Assembly: GCA_965223295.1 (NCBI GenBank)
Contig: CBDCWC010000003.1
Coordinates: 1,600,001-1,664,000, forward strand
Length of the DNA stretch: 64,000 bases
Origin: Nitrospirales bacterium
GTDB taxonomy: Bacteria; Nitrospirota; Nitrospiria; Nitrospirales; UBA8639
Reading direction: 5' to 3'
Position numbers and translations under genes: made by a program. Shown piece after piece: positions 18,721-28,950 of this stretch. How positions within the stretch are numbered: the stretch's first letter is position 1; every line of letters begins with the position of its first letter. Below the pieces are notes generated by a model. The model worked only from the letters and a program-made list of their open reading frames with translations, did no database searches and was not told the DNA's origin.

Positions 18721-21057
18721 CTATGGTGTGGTGTGGGATACGGTCGGCAGGTGATGAGGAAACCGAATACGGAAGGTCGTTCCCAAGCCGACGGTGCTCT
18801 CAACGGTAATCGTGGCCTTGTGGAGGTCCACGAGTTGTTTGACAATGGAGAGGCCCAGCCCCAACCCTTGTGTGCCAATTTCGGGCAAGCGGTGGGCTTG
18901 GTAGAAGGGTTGGAACAGATTGGTTTGCGCTTCGGGAGGAATCCCGGCCCCAGTATCTGTCACGGATAAAAGGATGTGGTTTGAGGGGTTCTGGCAGAGA
19001 GCTACCGTGATGCGTCCTTCATCCGGGGTAAATTTGTGGGCATTGTGAAGAAGGTTTGTGAGAATTTGATGGAGACGATCGGGATCTCCCCAGACTGTCA
19101 ACTGTTCGTCTGGTCGGTTCAACACTAACTGCTGCTTTTTCGTTTGAGTCAGAGGCATAAGTTCTTGTGTGACCTCCTCCAGGAGGGTTGAAAGACATAC
19201 GGCCTGATTGGCCAGTCGCACGGTACCGGCTTCTATCCGAGAGAGATCCAGGAGATCGGCGATCATCCGAGTTAATCGATTGGCGTTTGCACTTATTCTC
19301 GTGAGGTACAGATGTTGACGTTCACCCAAGGGACCGACCATGCCCTGCAGTAAGTTTTCCGTGAAGCCCTTAATGGAGGTGAGAGGTGTCCGAAGTTCAT
19401 GGGAACAATGAGACAGAAATTGGGATTTCATTCGGTCCAGTTCTTTGAGGCGGTTATTGGCGGACTCTAAATCCGAATTGGCTTGTTGGAGTTCTGTGGT
19501 TCGGTGCTGAACTTTTTCCTCCAAACCTACATTGAGTGCTTCAATTTCGTCATAGGCCAAGGCGGTATCTAGAGTGAGAGCCATTTGATGGCCGATTGTA
19601 GAGAGCAAGTTTTGTTCGGGGATTGAAGGGGATATAGCTTGAGGGTTTCCTGCTACCAGAACACCGAGTGGCTGATGTTGGCTGACAAGGGCCAGGGCGA
19701 TCCCATTGTGTAATTGTCCCTCAGTGAGGAGTTGGTGGGTGGTAGGATGCGCGTGCTCGACAATGTCTTGGACCTGTTCAATGATGACAGGTGTGGGGCT
19801 CTTAAGGGTTTTGGAAAGAAGATCGTTGGGCGTTTCCGGAATGGTCACATTCTGAAGGTTGGCGGTCCATGACTGCTGTCTTCCATAGGTGTGAATGTTG
19901 TCAAACAGCTTGCCTTCGTTGTTCCATAAGGCAACCCAAGCGTGGCTGTACCCCAGCGATTCAACGATGGCCTGTAGGCCTGCTTGTATAATACGTGTTT
20001 GGTCGAGTGTGGAGCTCATGTGGAGTGTGAGGTTATGGAGCATGGTTAATTCATCCACATGGCGCCGAACTTCGACTAAGCTCTGTTCCTGTTTGAGATA
20101 TGCACTTCTTAGTTCTTCATGTTGCTGCTCTGCCGAGGCCAATTGTTCTTGAATGATTTTTCCTCGCTCTTGAAGTTCTTGCCGGTCAGTCCATAGTCGG
20201 CCAGCGATTGTGAGAAGTATAAAGGGTATGAGGGACAAGCCCATTCGAGTCCACCAAGAGTCATCAGGGAAGTATCCGGCCAATAGCCCGAATGTGATGA
20301 TCCCGCATACGATTCCTAGAAGAATCCAGTTGGTGACTGGTCGTCTCTCTGGATTCCAGATAAAGGTCCATTCACAATATTCATCTCCTTCGGCGATACA
20401 GCAGGTATCTTGGATGGTGGCCGGAGTCTGGCCAAACATGTTGGCGGGGACTTGGGCGATGGTGGCTTTAGTGCTGTGGCACACACGCTCAGCGCATCCC
20501 CGGAGATAGGGGCCCAACTGGGCTCGTGCCGATTTGGAGAATTGCATGCGCATGACTGCCTGGCCGTTCGTCACGGAGACGACTTCAGATTTGAGGGATC
20601 CCTTGGTGAACTTTTCTACGAAGTATGGAAACATCCGGTAGATCTGGATAACGGAAAAAGGACGACCAAGAATTTTGACAATAGGGGATAAAAACTTCTC
20701 CCGGCCTAGATTGAAATGAAAGTTAGGTTGTTCGGAGAGTTGGACAGAAAACTCTGCCAGGAACATCACAAATTCGTAGGAATAGCCATTCCAGGGATTT
20801 TTCAACAATTCGGCGGTGACATGGTAGGTGGGATCAGGAATGCGTTCATTCAAGAGGAAGACAAGTTTTTCGATGGCCTCTTGAGCGGCTTGGGCACCAT
20901 ACTGCCGTGTGACGATGGATTCAAAATATTCCAGATTGGCTCGGACCGTAATCCCGCTGACATCTTCAATTGTGGCCCCCTGCTGGTCCCGCCCAAATGG
21001 GCGAAATTCCATGAACGGGCGTTCAAGAATACGGTGAGTTTTTGGCAACAGGGTCAT
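18721..21057 (-). CDS. Sensor histidine kinase: V4R/H-NOX-like N-terminus, 2 TM, GAF, HisKA, HATPase
   Basis: CCIAEGDEYCEW (V4R-like), two hydrophobic helices, GAF-like region, SHELRTPLT H-box, NLLHNAHKFT, DTGAGI, GLGLGL. Confidence 0.85.
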   Translation of the reverse strand: MTLLPKTHRILERPFMEFRPFGRDQQGATIEDVSGITVRANLEYFESIVTRQYGAQAAQEAIEKLVFLLNERIPDPTYHVTAELLKNPWNGYSYEFVMFLAEFSVQLSEQPNFHFNLGREKFLSPIVKILGRPFSVIQIYRMFPYFVEKFTKGSLKSEVVSVTNGQAVMRMQFSKSARAQLGPYLRGCAERVCHSTKATIAQVPANMFGQTPATIQDTCCIAEGDEYCEWTFIWNPERRPVTNWILLGIVCGIITFGLLAGYFPDDSWWTRMGLSLIPFILLTIAGRLWTDRQELQERGKIIQEQLASAEQQHEELRSAYLKQEQSLVEVRRHVDELTMLHNLTLHMSSTLDQTRIIQAGLQAIVESLGYSHAWVALWNNEGKLFDNIHTYGRQQSWTANLQNVTIPETPNDLLSKTLKSPTPVIIEQVQDIVEHAHPTTHQLLTEGQLHNGIALALVSQHQPLGVLVAGNPQAISPSIPEQNLLSTIGHQMALTLDTALAYDEIEALNVGLEEKVQHRTTELQQANSDLESANNRLKELDRMKSQFLSHCSHELRTPLTSIKGFTENLLQGMVGPLGERQHLYLTRISANANRLTRMIADLLDLSRIEAGTVRLANQAVCLSTLLEEVTQELMPLTQTKKQQLVLNRPDEQLTVWGDPDRLHQILTNLLHNAHKFTPDEGRITVALCQNPSNHILLSVTDTGAGIPPEAQTNLFQPFYQAHRLPEIGTQGLGLGLSIVKQLVDLHKATITVESTVGLGTTFRIRFPHHLPTVSHTTP

Positions 21058-21147
21058 GGCGCTCCTGATCGGGACGACCGTATCAGGGAGACTGTAAAGG
21101 AAATGATGAAAAGGGTGAAGGGGTGAGGCAAAAAAACTTTGAGGAGA

Positions 21148-22518
21148 TTAGAACTTCATCTGCAGTGACAGCGCTCCTACATGAATCGTGGTATCCCATG
21201 TACCATTGAGGAGCGGTTGTTGATTGTTGTTCACGTTACGAGCGTCGTACAACAACACTTGGTAGGCCAGGTCTAGTCCAATGGCCTTTCCTCCAAGGCC
21301 ATTGCAGGGAAGGCCTAAGAATCTACCGCCAGTCTGACACATGAATCCGAGGCCGACAGATATCGCATGGTATTTGGAATCTGGATTAGATGGATCAAGA
21401 AATTTACTGCGGACGGGCGTTCCAGATCGAACATATCCTCCACGAAACGAGACATCCCAATTCGGTAGACGAGCTGGTGATAAGAGAGAGTATTCTGTGC
21501 CAACCATCACGATCCATGCATCTCCATAGTTTCTGCGATTGGGAATTGTCGCCCCGTTCGATAATTTAAAGTCGAGATCTTCGAAGTCGGTCCAATCGGC
21601 ATACTCGACATCAACTTCCACTTTCCATTCTCGTTCCGTATTTCTGATGGGCCATCCGGCAATGGCCCAGGTATACACATCGGGGAGTTCGATGGTCGTT
21701 TTGGCATCAGCCACAAAAGTGCCACCGGCTAGAAATTCCCCATCTAAATTTAAATCTGCCCCGTGACGATAGACAAAACCGAGGTTGAGTCGTGGAAGGC
21801 CTTGTGCATTGCGCCAAGGGGTCCACAAAAGGCTCGCGTTAAATCCCAAAGCCGTGTCGCTGCCATTGCCTTCTAGATTTGTTCCTGCGGGAATGAAGAA
21901 CGGGTTTCCCGGTGCGGCCTTTTGTTGGACTTCTGCATGTCCTTCACCTAGAAAATCAGCAAATGTATAGATATCCAGCCCGCCACCGATGGCAATATAT
22001 TGGTTCAGCTTATATCCTACTGTTGGTTTAATATCCAGAAGTGGGAGAGCAGCCATGGTGCTGATCGGGGAGATGAGGCTATCTTCTGGGTATTCCACTT
22101 GTAGTGCGAAAGGAGAAGTGAGGCCTAGGCCGATGGTCCAATTAGACAAGCTCGTGAGACCCAAAGCTGGCAAATGAGCTGTGAAGAAAATCGTGGCCAG
22201 TGGTGGGTTGGACACAGTGCTTCCAAAATCCCCTTCGACTTTTGGACCTGCATCGCTTTTGAAGCGGAGAGAGCCGCCTATCAGTAAGGTTCCGGTTGAA
22301 AATTGAATGCCCTCGAGTTGTGTCATCCCGGCTGGGTTATAATGGACGGCAGAGGGATTATCGGCTTGGGCTGAAAAAGCTGTCCCTTGTCCCGTGGCCG
22401 CAGCTCCATGGTCTAAGACTCTAAACCCTTCTGCCCGTATGAGGGAAGGAGCCATGATGTGTGTGACTGACAAAATGAGGACGGGGAATAACAGCAGACG
22501 GGTGGTGTTCGTGCTCAC
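21148..22518 (-). CDS. OmpP1/FadL-family outer-membrane channel
   Basis: Signal peptide, EGFRV..HG....GQGTAFSAQADNPSAVHYNPAGM hatch motif, C-terminal Phe; GTG start after GGAGGAG. Confidence 0.9.
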   Translation of the reverse strand: MSTNTTRLLLFPVLILSVTHIMAPSLIRAEGFRVLDHGAAATGQGTAFSAQADNPSAVHYNPAGMTQLEGIQFSTGTLLIGGSLRFKSDAGPKVEGDFGSTVSNPPLATIFFTAHLPALGLTSLSNWTIGLGLTSPFALQVEYPEDSLISPISTMAALPLLDIKPTVGYKLNQYIAIGGGLDIYTFADFLGEGHAEVQQKAAPGNPFFIPAGTNLEGNGSDTALGFNASLLWTPWRNAQGLPRLNLGFVYRHGADLNLDGEFLAGGTFVADAKTTIELPDVYTWAIAGWPIRNTEREWKVEVDVEYADWTDFEDLDFKLSNGATIPNRRNYGDAWIVMVGTEYSLLSPARLPNWDVSFRGGYVRSGTPVRSKFLDPSNPDSKYHAISVGLGFMCQTGGRFLGLPCNGLGGKAIGLDLAYQVLLYDARNVNNNQQPLLNGTWDTTIHVGALSLQMKF

Positions 22519-22713
22519 AACTCCTCCATGAGTGTGGGGTTGGTGGAAAAACCGGCAAAGTGTATGAAATATAGCCAGATATTGCAATGTTGCCCCATGA
22601 AACTTAACCAGGGAAAATATGAAGGCGAAATATCAGGCAGGCAGGAAAAGTCATCCTAACTCTGTTCTCTTAAAAAAGTAGAAAAACTCTATTCATGAGT
22701 TGGAGGAAGCCGT

Positions 22714-23112
22714 ATGCAGGTGAAAAAACTCTTACATACTCGAATGCGGGTGAATGATATGGAGAAAACCCTAACATTCTATCGAGAAGTCATGGGCCTG
22801 GAAGTAGTCGAGCAAAAAGTGTCCCCCAGAGGATCGCATCTGGCCTTTCTGGCTGTTCCAAACAGCGAAGAATTGATTGAGCTCTGCAGTTTTCCAGCCA
22901 GTGGCGCCGTGACTGTGCAGGAAGATCTGGTCCATTTGGCATTCCAAGTAGATAATTTAGACAACACCATCCAAGAGCTAGAAACTAAGGGTATCCCGAT
23001 TACTGATGGGCCGACGCAGTCGTCTTCCGGAAGCCGGTTTATTTTTATCGATGCGCCGGATGGCTATGAAATTGAACTCATTGAACGGCCAGATGGGGTG
23101 GCAATCGTTTGA
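22714..23112 (+). CDS. VOC/glyoxalase I family protein
   Basis: LLHTRMRV.D.EK...FY, HLAFQV, FIDAPDGYEIELIE. Confidence 0.9.
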   Translation: MQVKKLLHTRMRVNDMEKTLTFYREVMGLEVVEQKVSPRGSHLAFLAVPNSEELIELCSFPASGAVTVQEDLVHLAFQVDNLDNTIQELETKGIPITDGPTQSSSGSRFIFIDAPDGYEIELIERPDGVAIV

Positions 23113-23137
23113 CCAACCCAAAGAAGCGCGATCGGAT

Positions 23138-24865
23138 ATGAAAAACTTCACGAACCCCTCTGAAAGGCTAGTCTTGAAATCGAGCCATCTCGAAGACAAG
23201 CTTCAGAATCTTCCGAAGCAGCCTGGTGTGTATCTTTTTAAGGATCAGGCTGATGAAATTATCTATATTGGCAAGGCGGCGGTGTTAGCTGACCGGGTGC
23301 GATCCTATTTTCAGAAAGGAGCTGATCTGAGTCCAAAGATTCGGGCTTTAGTCGCCCATGCTGCAGATGTAGATATCATGATTGCCAAATCTGAACTAGA
23401 AGCCTTAGTTCTGGAAAGCAATCTGATTAAACGCCATCGTCCTCGCTTCAATGTCGTCTTGCGTGATGATAAGCAGTACCCGTATCTTCGCCTGCCGGTT
23501 CAAGATAATTTCCCTCGTCTCTCGATTGTGCGGCGGGTGAAAAACGATAAGGCCTTGTATTTTGGCCCTTATGTACCCACGGGGGCGATGCGCGAAACTT
23601 TGAAAGTCATTCGCAAAGTCTTTCCCTTGGCCACATGCAAGATTGACATTGATGGGACGGCTGATCGAGCCTGTCTGGAATTTGAAATCAAACGCTGCAT
23701 GGCACCGTGTACTGGACACCAATCTCAGGAGGATTATCATCAAATCGTGAAACAAGTTCGGTGGTTTCTAGAAGGCCGAGATCAAGAACTATTGACCTCA
23801 CTTCGAACTGAGATGTTAACGATGGCCGAGCGGGAAGCTTTTGAAGATGCAGCCCGTTTACGTGATCGTATTCTGAAAATTGAGCGTACGCTGGAAAAGC
23901 AACGTGTTGCACAAATTGGACCGGTTGATCAGGATGTCATGGGCCTGGCCCGGGCGGGGACTGCTGTTGATGTGCAATTGCTCTTTGTCCGAGGCGGCTT
24001 GCTGATTGGACGCAGAGATTTTTTCTGGTCTGATGCTGGAGGTGTCTCAGATGAGGAGCTTGTGCGGACGACGCTCGAGCAGTTTTACAACAAAGCTGTT
24101 CTGCCGCCCAAAGAACTGTTGCTGCCTGTGACTATTGAGGATCAAATATTAATGCAACGATGGTTATCGGAAAAAAAGGACGAATCCGTGCGTGTGCTTG
24201 TGCCCGAGCGTGGGGCGAAACGTCAGTTGCAGCAATTGGCGCAAGAAAATGCCGTGGCCGCTTTGAATGAACATCTGCGCGTCCATGCCGAATCACGAGA
24301 AGCGGTGGAGGAGTTGCAACAGTTGTTGGGATTGGCCGCTCCGCCGCATCGCGTGGAGTGTTTTGATATCTCCAACACCATGGGCGCGCAATCGGTGGCG
24401 TCGATGGTGGTATGGGAAAATGGACGGATGAAAAAGTCCGACTATCGCCGGTTTCGTATTAAAACCGTTGAAGGCGCCAACGATTTTGCCAGCATGCATG
24501 AAGTCGTTACACGAAGATATGGAGGCACGTTGGCCAAGAAGTCCGACAAAGTCTTGCCCTCCCCGGATCTTGTTATCATTGACGGGGGAATCGGTCAATT
24601 AGGTGCGGCCATGGAAGCTATCGCCAGTCTTGGATTGGCGAACGTCCAGGTCTGTGGATTGGCCAAGGCCAAAGGCGAAAAAGACGAACGTATGTATCTC
24701 CCAGGTCATAAATCCCCCATTGTCTTGCCGTTGAAATCTCTTGCTAGCCGCCTCGTCCAAACCATTCGAGACGAAGCGCATCGCTTCGCCATCACCTATC
24801 ATCGCAAACTACGCAGTGAAGCTTTTATTGCAATCGATCCTACAAGTATTGCCAAGGGATCGTAG
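23138..24865 (+). CDS. uvrC: Excinuclease ABC subunit C (apparently lacks the C-terminal HhH domain)
   Basis: PGVYLF..IIYIGKA GIY-YIG, ECFDISN, DGGIGQ, RDEAHRFA. Confidence 0.95.
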   Translation: MKNFTNPSERLVLKSSHLEDKLQNLPKQPGVYLFKDQADEIIYIGKAAVLADRVRSYFQKGADLSPKIRALVAHAADVDIMIAKSELEALVLESNLIKRHRPRFNVVLRDDKQYPYLRLPVQDNFPRLSIVRRVKNDKALYFGPYVPTGAMRETLKVIRKVFPLATCKIDIDGTADRACLEFEIKRCMAPCTGHQSQEDYHQIVKQVRWFLEGRDQELLTSLRTEMLTMAEREAFEDAARLRDRILKIERTLEKQRVAQIGPVDQDVMGLARAGTAVDVQLLFVRGGLLIGRRDFFWSDAGGVSDEELVRTTLEQFYNKAVLPPKELLLPVTIEDQILMQRWLSEKKDESVRVLVPERGAKRQLQQLAQENAVAALNEHLRVHAESREAVEELQQLLGLAAPPHRVECFDISNTMGAQSVASMVVWENGRMKKSDYRRFRIKTVEGANDFASMHEVVTRRYGGTLAKKSDKVLPSPDLVIIDGGIGQLGAAMEAIASLGLANVQVCGLAKAKGEKDERMYLPGHKSPIVLPLKSLASRLVQTIRDEAHRFAITYHRKLRSEAFIAIDPTSIAKGS

Positions 24866-25101
24866 GTTTCGAGTTATGTTAAGAAGCGATGGCCAGTCCA
24901 ATATGCTTTTGTTTTGTTCAAAGTAAAAACATGATTTCTCCCTGCTTTCTAGAGATGGCGGGTTTCGGCCCAATTGATAAGTCCGACTATTGAGTTAGTG
25001 GTTCTTACGGCAACTTTTAGACCAAGAAATTCTCAAGGTCTTTAGGGATTTCACCGATGGTGTCTATAACAACAACCTCATGATTAGGTAGCATAAAATT
25101 T

Positions 25102-25335
25102 ATGCAATGTCCGCGATGTCAGGGAACGATGGTGGTTGATCATTTTGTGGATATGGCCACGAGTGGTGAAATTTGGATGCCTGGTTGGCGATGTTTAATG
25201 TGTGGGGAAATTATCGATCCAATCATTGAGAGTCATCGTCAGCAGCAACAAGACCATCAAGAAGTCGTCGGCGCTATTTCAGGATCGTCGGCCCGTCCTC
25301 CAGCCTCAGTTACTGCTAAGTCTCGAAAAGTCTGA
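25102..25335 (+). CDS. Small zinc-finger protein
   Basis: MQCPRCQG...WRCLMCGEIIDP. Confidence 0.8.
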   Translation: MQCPRCQGTMVVDHFVDMATSGEIWMPGWRCLMCGEIIDPIIESHRQQQQDHQEVVGAISGSSARPPASVTAKSRKV

Positions 25336-25554
25336 CTAAGTTCGTTTTTATTCCTCTTCATCTGGTTCTTCTCCTTATGAAATCTGTCTGAGAAGGTTTG
25401 TCCTAGACCTTTGCTTGTCGGGTCATTCCCTCTATGCTAGATTCTTTCTCGTGTGAATAGAGGAGAAAGTTTACTAAGTGACGCCGTTCTTTCTCTCCCC
25501 TAATACGAGGATCGGTAAAGTGTTCCTCCCCTAACATTCCCATAAGGCATCATC

Positions 25555-28185
25555 ATGGCACAGACTTACGATCACCAGGCTGTTGAAGCGAAATGGCAGG
25601 CTCATTGGGAGAAGGCGGGCCTTTTTCAGGTCAAGGAAGATCCTACCACTCCCAAATATTATTGTTTAGAAATGTTCCCGTATCCGTCTGGACGCATTCA
25701 CATGGGACATGTGCGGGTGTATGCCATTGGCGATGTGGTCGCCCGTTATAAAACCATGCGGGGATTCCATGTCTTGCATCCGATGGGGTGGGATGCCTTT
25801 GGTTTGCCTGCCGAGAACGCGGCGATTGAAAAAGGTGTCCATCCCAATTCTTGGACGCAAGAAAATGTCGCCTACATGAAAACACAATTGCGGCGGATGG
25901 GCTTATCGTATGATTGGGACCGCGAGGTGAATACGTCGCAGCCTGACTACTATCGCTGGAACCAATGGATTTTTCTCAAAATGGTCGAACGGGATTTGGC
26001 CTATCGCAAACGTTCGGCGGTGAATTGGTGCCCGTCATGTGAGACGGTGCTGGCGAATGAGCAAGTGTTAGGGCAAGAAGGCAAAGATGGCGGGGTGTGT
26101 TGGCGATGTGAGTCAGTGGTCATTCAAAAAGAGTTAGAGCAATGGTTCTTTCGGATTACGCAGTATGCACAGGAGTTGTTAGATGGATGCGACCAGTTGA
26201 CCAGTTGGCCTGCTCGGGTATTGGCGATGCAGCGACATTGGATTGGCCGAAGCCAAGGTGTGGAAATTAATTTTCCGGTTGCCGAACCCCGGAATGATCT
26301 TTCAGCTATTCGGATTTTTACAACACGGCCGGACACGATTCATGGCGCAACGTTTATGAGTTTGGCTCCTGAGTCGCCGTTGGTGGAACAACTCATTCAG
26401 GGACGGTCCGAAGCGGAGGGTGTGCGGAAATTCGTGGAACGCGTATCCCGGCTGGATAAAGCCACGCGTACGGCAGCAGACAAAGAAAAAGAAGGGGTCT
26501 TTACAGGGGCCTACGCTCTCAATCCCTTCACTCAGGAACAGATTCCTATTTGGGTCGCGAATTTTGTGCTGTATGAATATGGCACGGGGGCCATTATGGC
26601 TGTTCCTGGGCATGATCAACGTGATTTTGAATTTGCCAAGCAATATGACATTCCGATCCGATTAGTCATTCAAAATCCAGACGGTTCCCTTCTGCCAGAT
26701 TCCTTGGAAGTTGCGTATGAAGAGCAAGAAGAAGCTGGTGTGTTAGTCAATTCCGGAAGTTTTTCTGGTCTATCTGTGGCAAAGGCCAAACAGTCCATTG
26801 GCGAACACGTTGAAACTCAGGGCTGGGGAATGCAGACGGTCAATTTCCGGTTGCGTGATTGGGGCATTTCCCGTCAACGCTACTGGGGAACACCCATTCC
26901 TATGTTGTACTGCGAGCATTGCGGCCTTGTCCCCGTTCCAGAAAATCAGTTGCCCGTTCTGTTACCTGAAGATGTGCCGTTTACCGGTAAAGGAGGGTCT
27001 CCGCTCAAAGAATCCCCTTCGTTTGCAAAGGCCACCTGTCCGACATGTGGCGGCGCGGCTCGACGTGAATCCGATACGATGGATACCTTCGTGGATTCCT
27101 CCTGGTATTTCCTCCGCTACTGCTCCCCTCAAGACATTCAACAACCGGTGAATCCTGATGTCGCGAAACATTGGATGGCTGTGGACCAATACGTTGGTGG
27201 TATTGAACATGCTGTGTTGCACTTACTGTATGCCAGGTTTTTCACCAAAGTCTTACGGGACATGGGTTTAACGACAGTTGATGAGCCGTTTGTGCATTTG
27301 CTGACACAAGGGATGGTCACAATGGAGACCTATTGGTGTGAAGACCATCGTTGGGTCTTGCCGTCTGAAACGGTACGAGAGAAAGGAACGCGTCGTTGTG
27401 GGCAATGTGGAAAGGTCATTGTCACGGGCCGGACCGAAAAGATGTCCAAGTCCAAAAAGAATATTGCTTCACCGGAAGAATTATGTGATCGATTTGGGGC
27501 TGATACGGCTCGCCTCTTTTCCCTCTTTGCGGCCCCACCGGAAAAAGATTTGGAATGGAGCGACACAGGTGTTGAAGGCTGTTCCCGGTTTTTGAATCGA
27601 GTGTGGCGTCTGGTGCTGGAACGGCTTCCCGTTATATGTGAGGCGGATGTCACGTCTCATTCGCAACCATCAGACCTTCACAAAGACTTGCAGCGAGCGA
27701 CCCATCAGACCATTCAAAAAGTCACGAACGATCTTGATCGGGATTTTCAGTTCAATACCGCGATTGCCGCGTTGATGGAGTTTGTAAATCAGCTGTATAA
27801 ATTAGCTAAGAATTCTTCTGCCACCGATTTATCAGCCGATGAACGTGTGGCGTGGCGATCGGCAATAGAAAGCTTATTGTTGCTCTTGGCCCCATTTGCG
27901 CCTCATCTTGCTGAAGAATTGTGGGAAGAGTTGGGGCATACTTCGAGTATTGTACGGGAGACATGGCCGACCTTTAACCCCGAACTTATCGCCAGCGAGG
28001 AGTGGACGATTCCTATTCAGGTGAATGGTAGGTTGCGGAGTAAAGTGACGGTGCCTGCCGGTTCCACAAAGGAGCAGGTGCTGGCTTCTGCCCAAAGTGA
28101 TGGCAAGCTGGGCGAATGGCTGCAAGGGAAGACTCCACGCAAAGTGATCTACGTTGAACAGAAATTGGTGAATTTCGTTGTGTAG
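25555..28185 (+). CDS. leuS: Leucine--tRNA ligase
   Basis: MFPYPSGRIHMGH, FTTRPDT editing domain, RLRDW..SRQRYWG, KMSKS. Confidence 0.98.
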   Translation: MAQTYDHQAVEAKWQAHWEKAGLFQVKEDPTTPKYYCLEMFPYPSGRIHMGHVRVYAIGDVVARYKTMRGFHVLHPMGWDAFGLPAENAAIEKGVHPNSWTQENVAYMKTQLRRMGLSYDWDREVNTSQPDYYRWNQWIFLKMVERDLAYRKRSAVNWCPSCETVLANEQVLGQEGKDGGVCWRCESVVIQKELEQWFFRITQYAQELLDGCDQLTSWPARVLAMQRHWIGRSQGVEINFPVAEPRNDLSAIRIFTTRPDTIHGATFMSLAPESPLVEQLIQGRSEAEGVRKFVERVSRLDKATRTAADKEKEGVFTGAYALNPFTQEQIPIWVANFVLYEYGTGAIMAVPGHDQRDFEFAKQYDIPIRLVIQNPDGSLLPDSLEVAYEEQEEAGVLVNSGSFSGLSVAKAKQSIGEHVETQGWGMQTVNFRLRDWGISRQRYWGTPIPMLYCEHCGLVPVPENQLPVLLPEDVPFTGKGGSPLKESPSFAKATCPTCGGAARRESDTMDTFVDSSWYFLRYCSPQDIQQPVNPDVAKHWMAVDQYVGGIEHAVLHLLYARFFTKVLRDMGLTTVDEPFVHLLTQGMVTMETYWCEDHRWVLPSETVREKGTRRCGQCGKVIVTGRTEKMSKSKKNIASPEELCDRFGADTARLFSLFAAPPEKDLEWSDTGVEGCSRFLNRVWRLVLERLPVICEADVTSHSQPSDLHKDLQRATHQTIQKVTNDLDRDFQFNTAIAALMEFVNQLYKLAKNSSATDLSADERVAWRSAIESLLLLLAPFAPHLAEELWEELGHTSSIVRETWPTFNPELIASEEWTIPIQVNGRLRSKVTVPAGSTKEQVLASAQSDGKLGEWLQGKTPRKVIYVEQKLVNFVV

Positions 28186-28909
28186 AATCTGGCAGATCAA
28201 GGTTCTTCGTGAGGTGCAAGCAGGGGCAAGATGGTGTGGCTTGTTCCTCACCATGATAGGCATTCTCAGTGCATGTGGTTATCGATTTACCGTAGCTGGG
28301 CCTGGGCCAGTTATAGGTGGGGGGCGTGTGGCAGAAGGGCCACCTGTCCGTTTGGCCTTGCATACTTTGAAGAACAATACCTTTGAGCCAAATCTTGAGT
28401 TCAAATACACCCAATATTTTCGACAAGCGTTCATGTCGGCAGGTAGCGCCACCATTGTGGATGATGATCCTTCAGCAGATTTTGTCTTAGATGGTACGAT
28501 TGTCTCCGTGAGACTCCCTTCCGTGGCTTTCTCTCAGGCGCAAACCCAAGAAAGCCGCGTCACCGTAAAAGTTGCAGTGAAGGTGAAAGATCGCAAGACC
28601 GGGAAGGTCCGTTGGGCCCAATCTGGCAGCAATTCTGCCGAGTTTTTTATCGGGGCCTCAGCCAACACGAGTGGAGTGGCGAGCGGGCTGCAATTCAATC
28701 GTGTCTTGCAAGATCGTGCGTTGGAGCAAGCCGGGCAAGGCCTGGCCGAAGATTTGGCTGATCGATTTCTCACGGCACGTGATCAAGGTAAGTTCACTGT
28801 TGGAACTATCAAACAACCTTTGCCTGATCCTGGTGTGGAAGTTGAGGAAACGTTTTCTCCCTCTCTTGAATCAGGACCTGTCATCACGCCAAATTTTCCC
28901 GTGCAGTAG
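28178..28909 (+). CDS. lptE: LPS-assembly lipoprotein LptE-like
   Basis: Lipobox LSAC-GYRF; conserved leuS-lptE-holA order. Confidence 0.8.
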   Translation: MCRIWQIKVLREVQAGARWCGLFLTMIGILSACGYRFTVAGPGPVIGGGRVAEGPPVRLALHTLKNNTFEPNLEFKYTQYFRQAFMSAGSATIVDDDPSADFVLDGTIVSVRLPSVAFSQAQTQESRVTVKVAVKVKDRKTGKVRWAQSGSNSAEFFIGASANTSGVASGLQFNRVLQDRALEQAGQGLAEDLADRFLTARDQGKFTVGTIKQPLPDPGVEVEETFSPSLESGPVITPNFPVQ

Positions 28910-28950
28910 AATCTTTCATCTTATGCTTGCATCTTGAGAGTGATGCTCTG

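Noticed and set aside
27320-27420. Extra CxxH/CxxC module before KMSKS in LeuS
   Set aside because: Falls in the variable leucine-specific domain, where such insertions are not unusual
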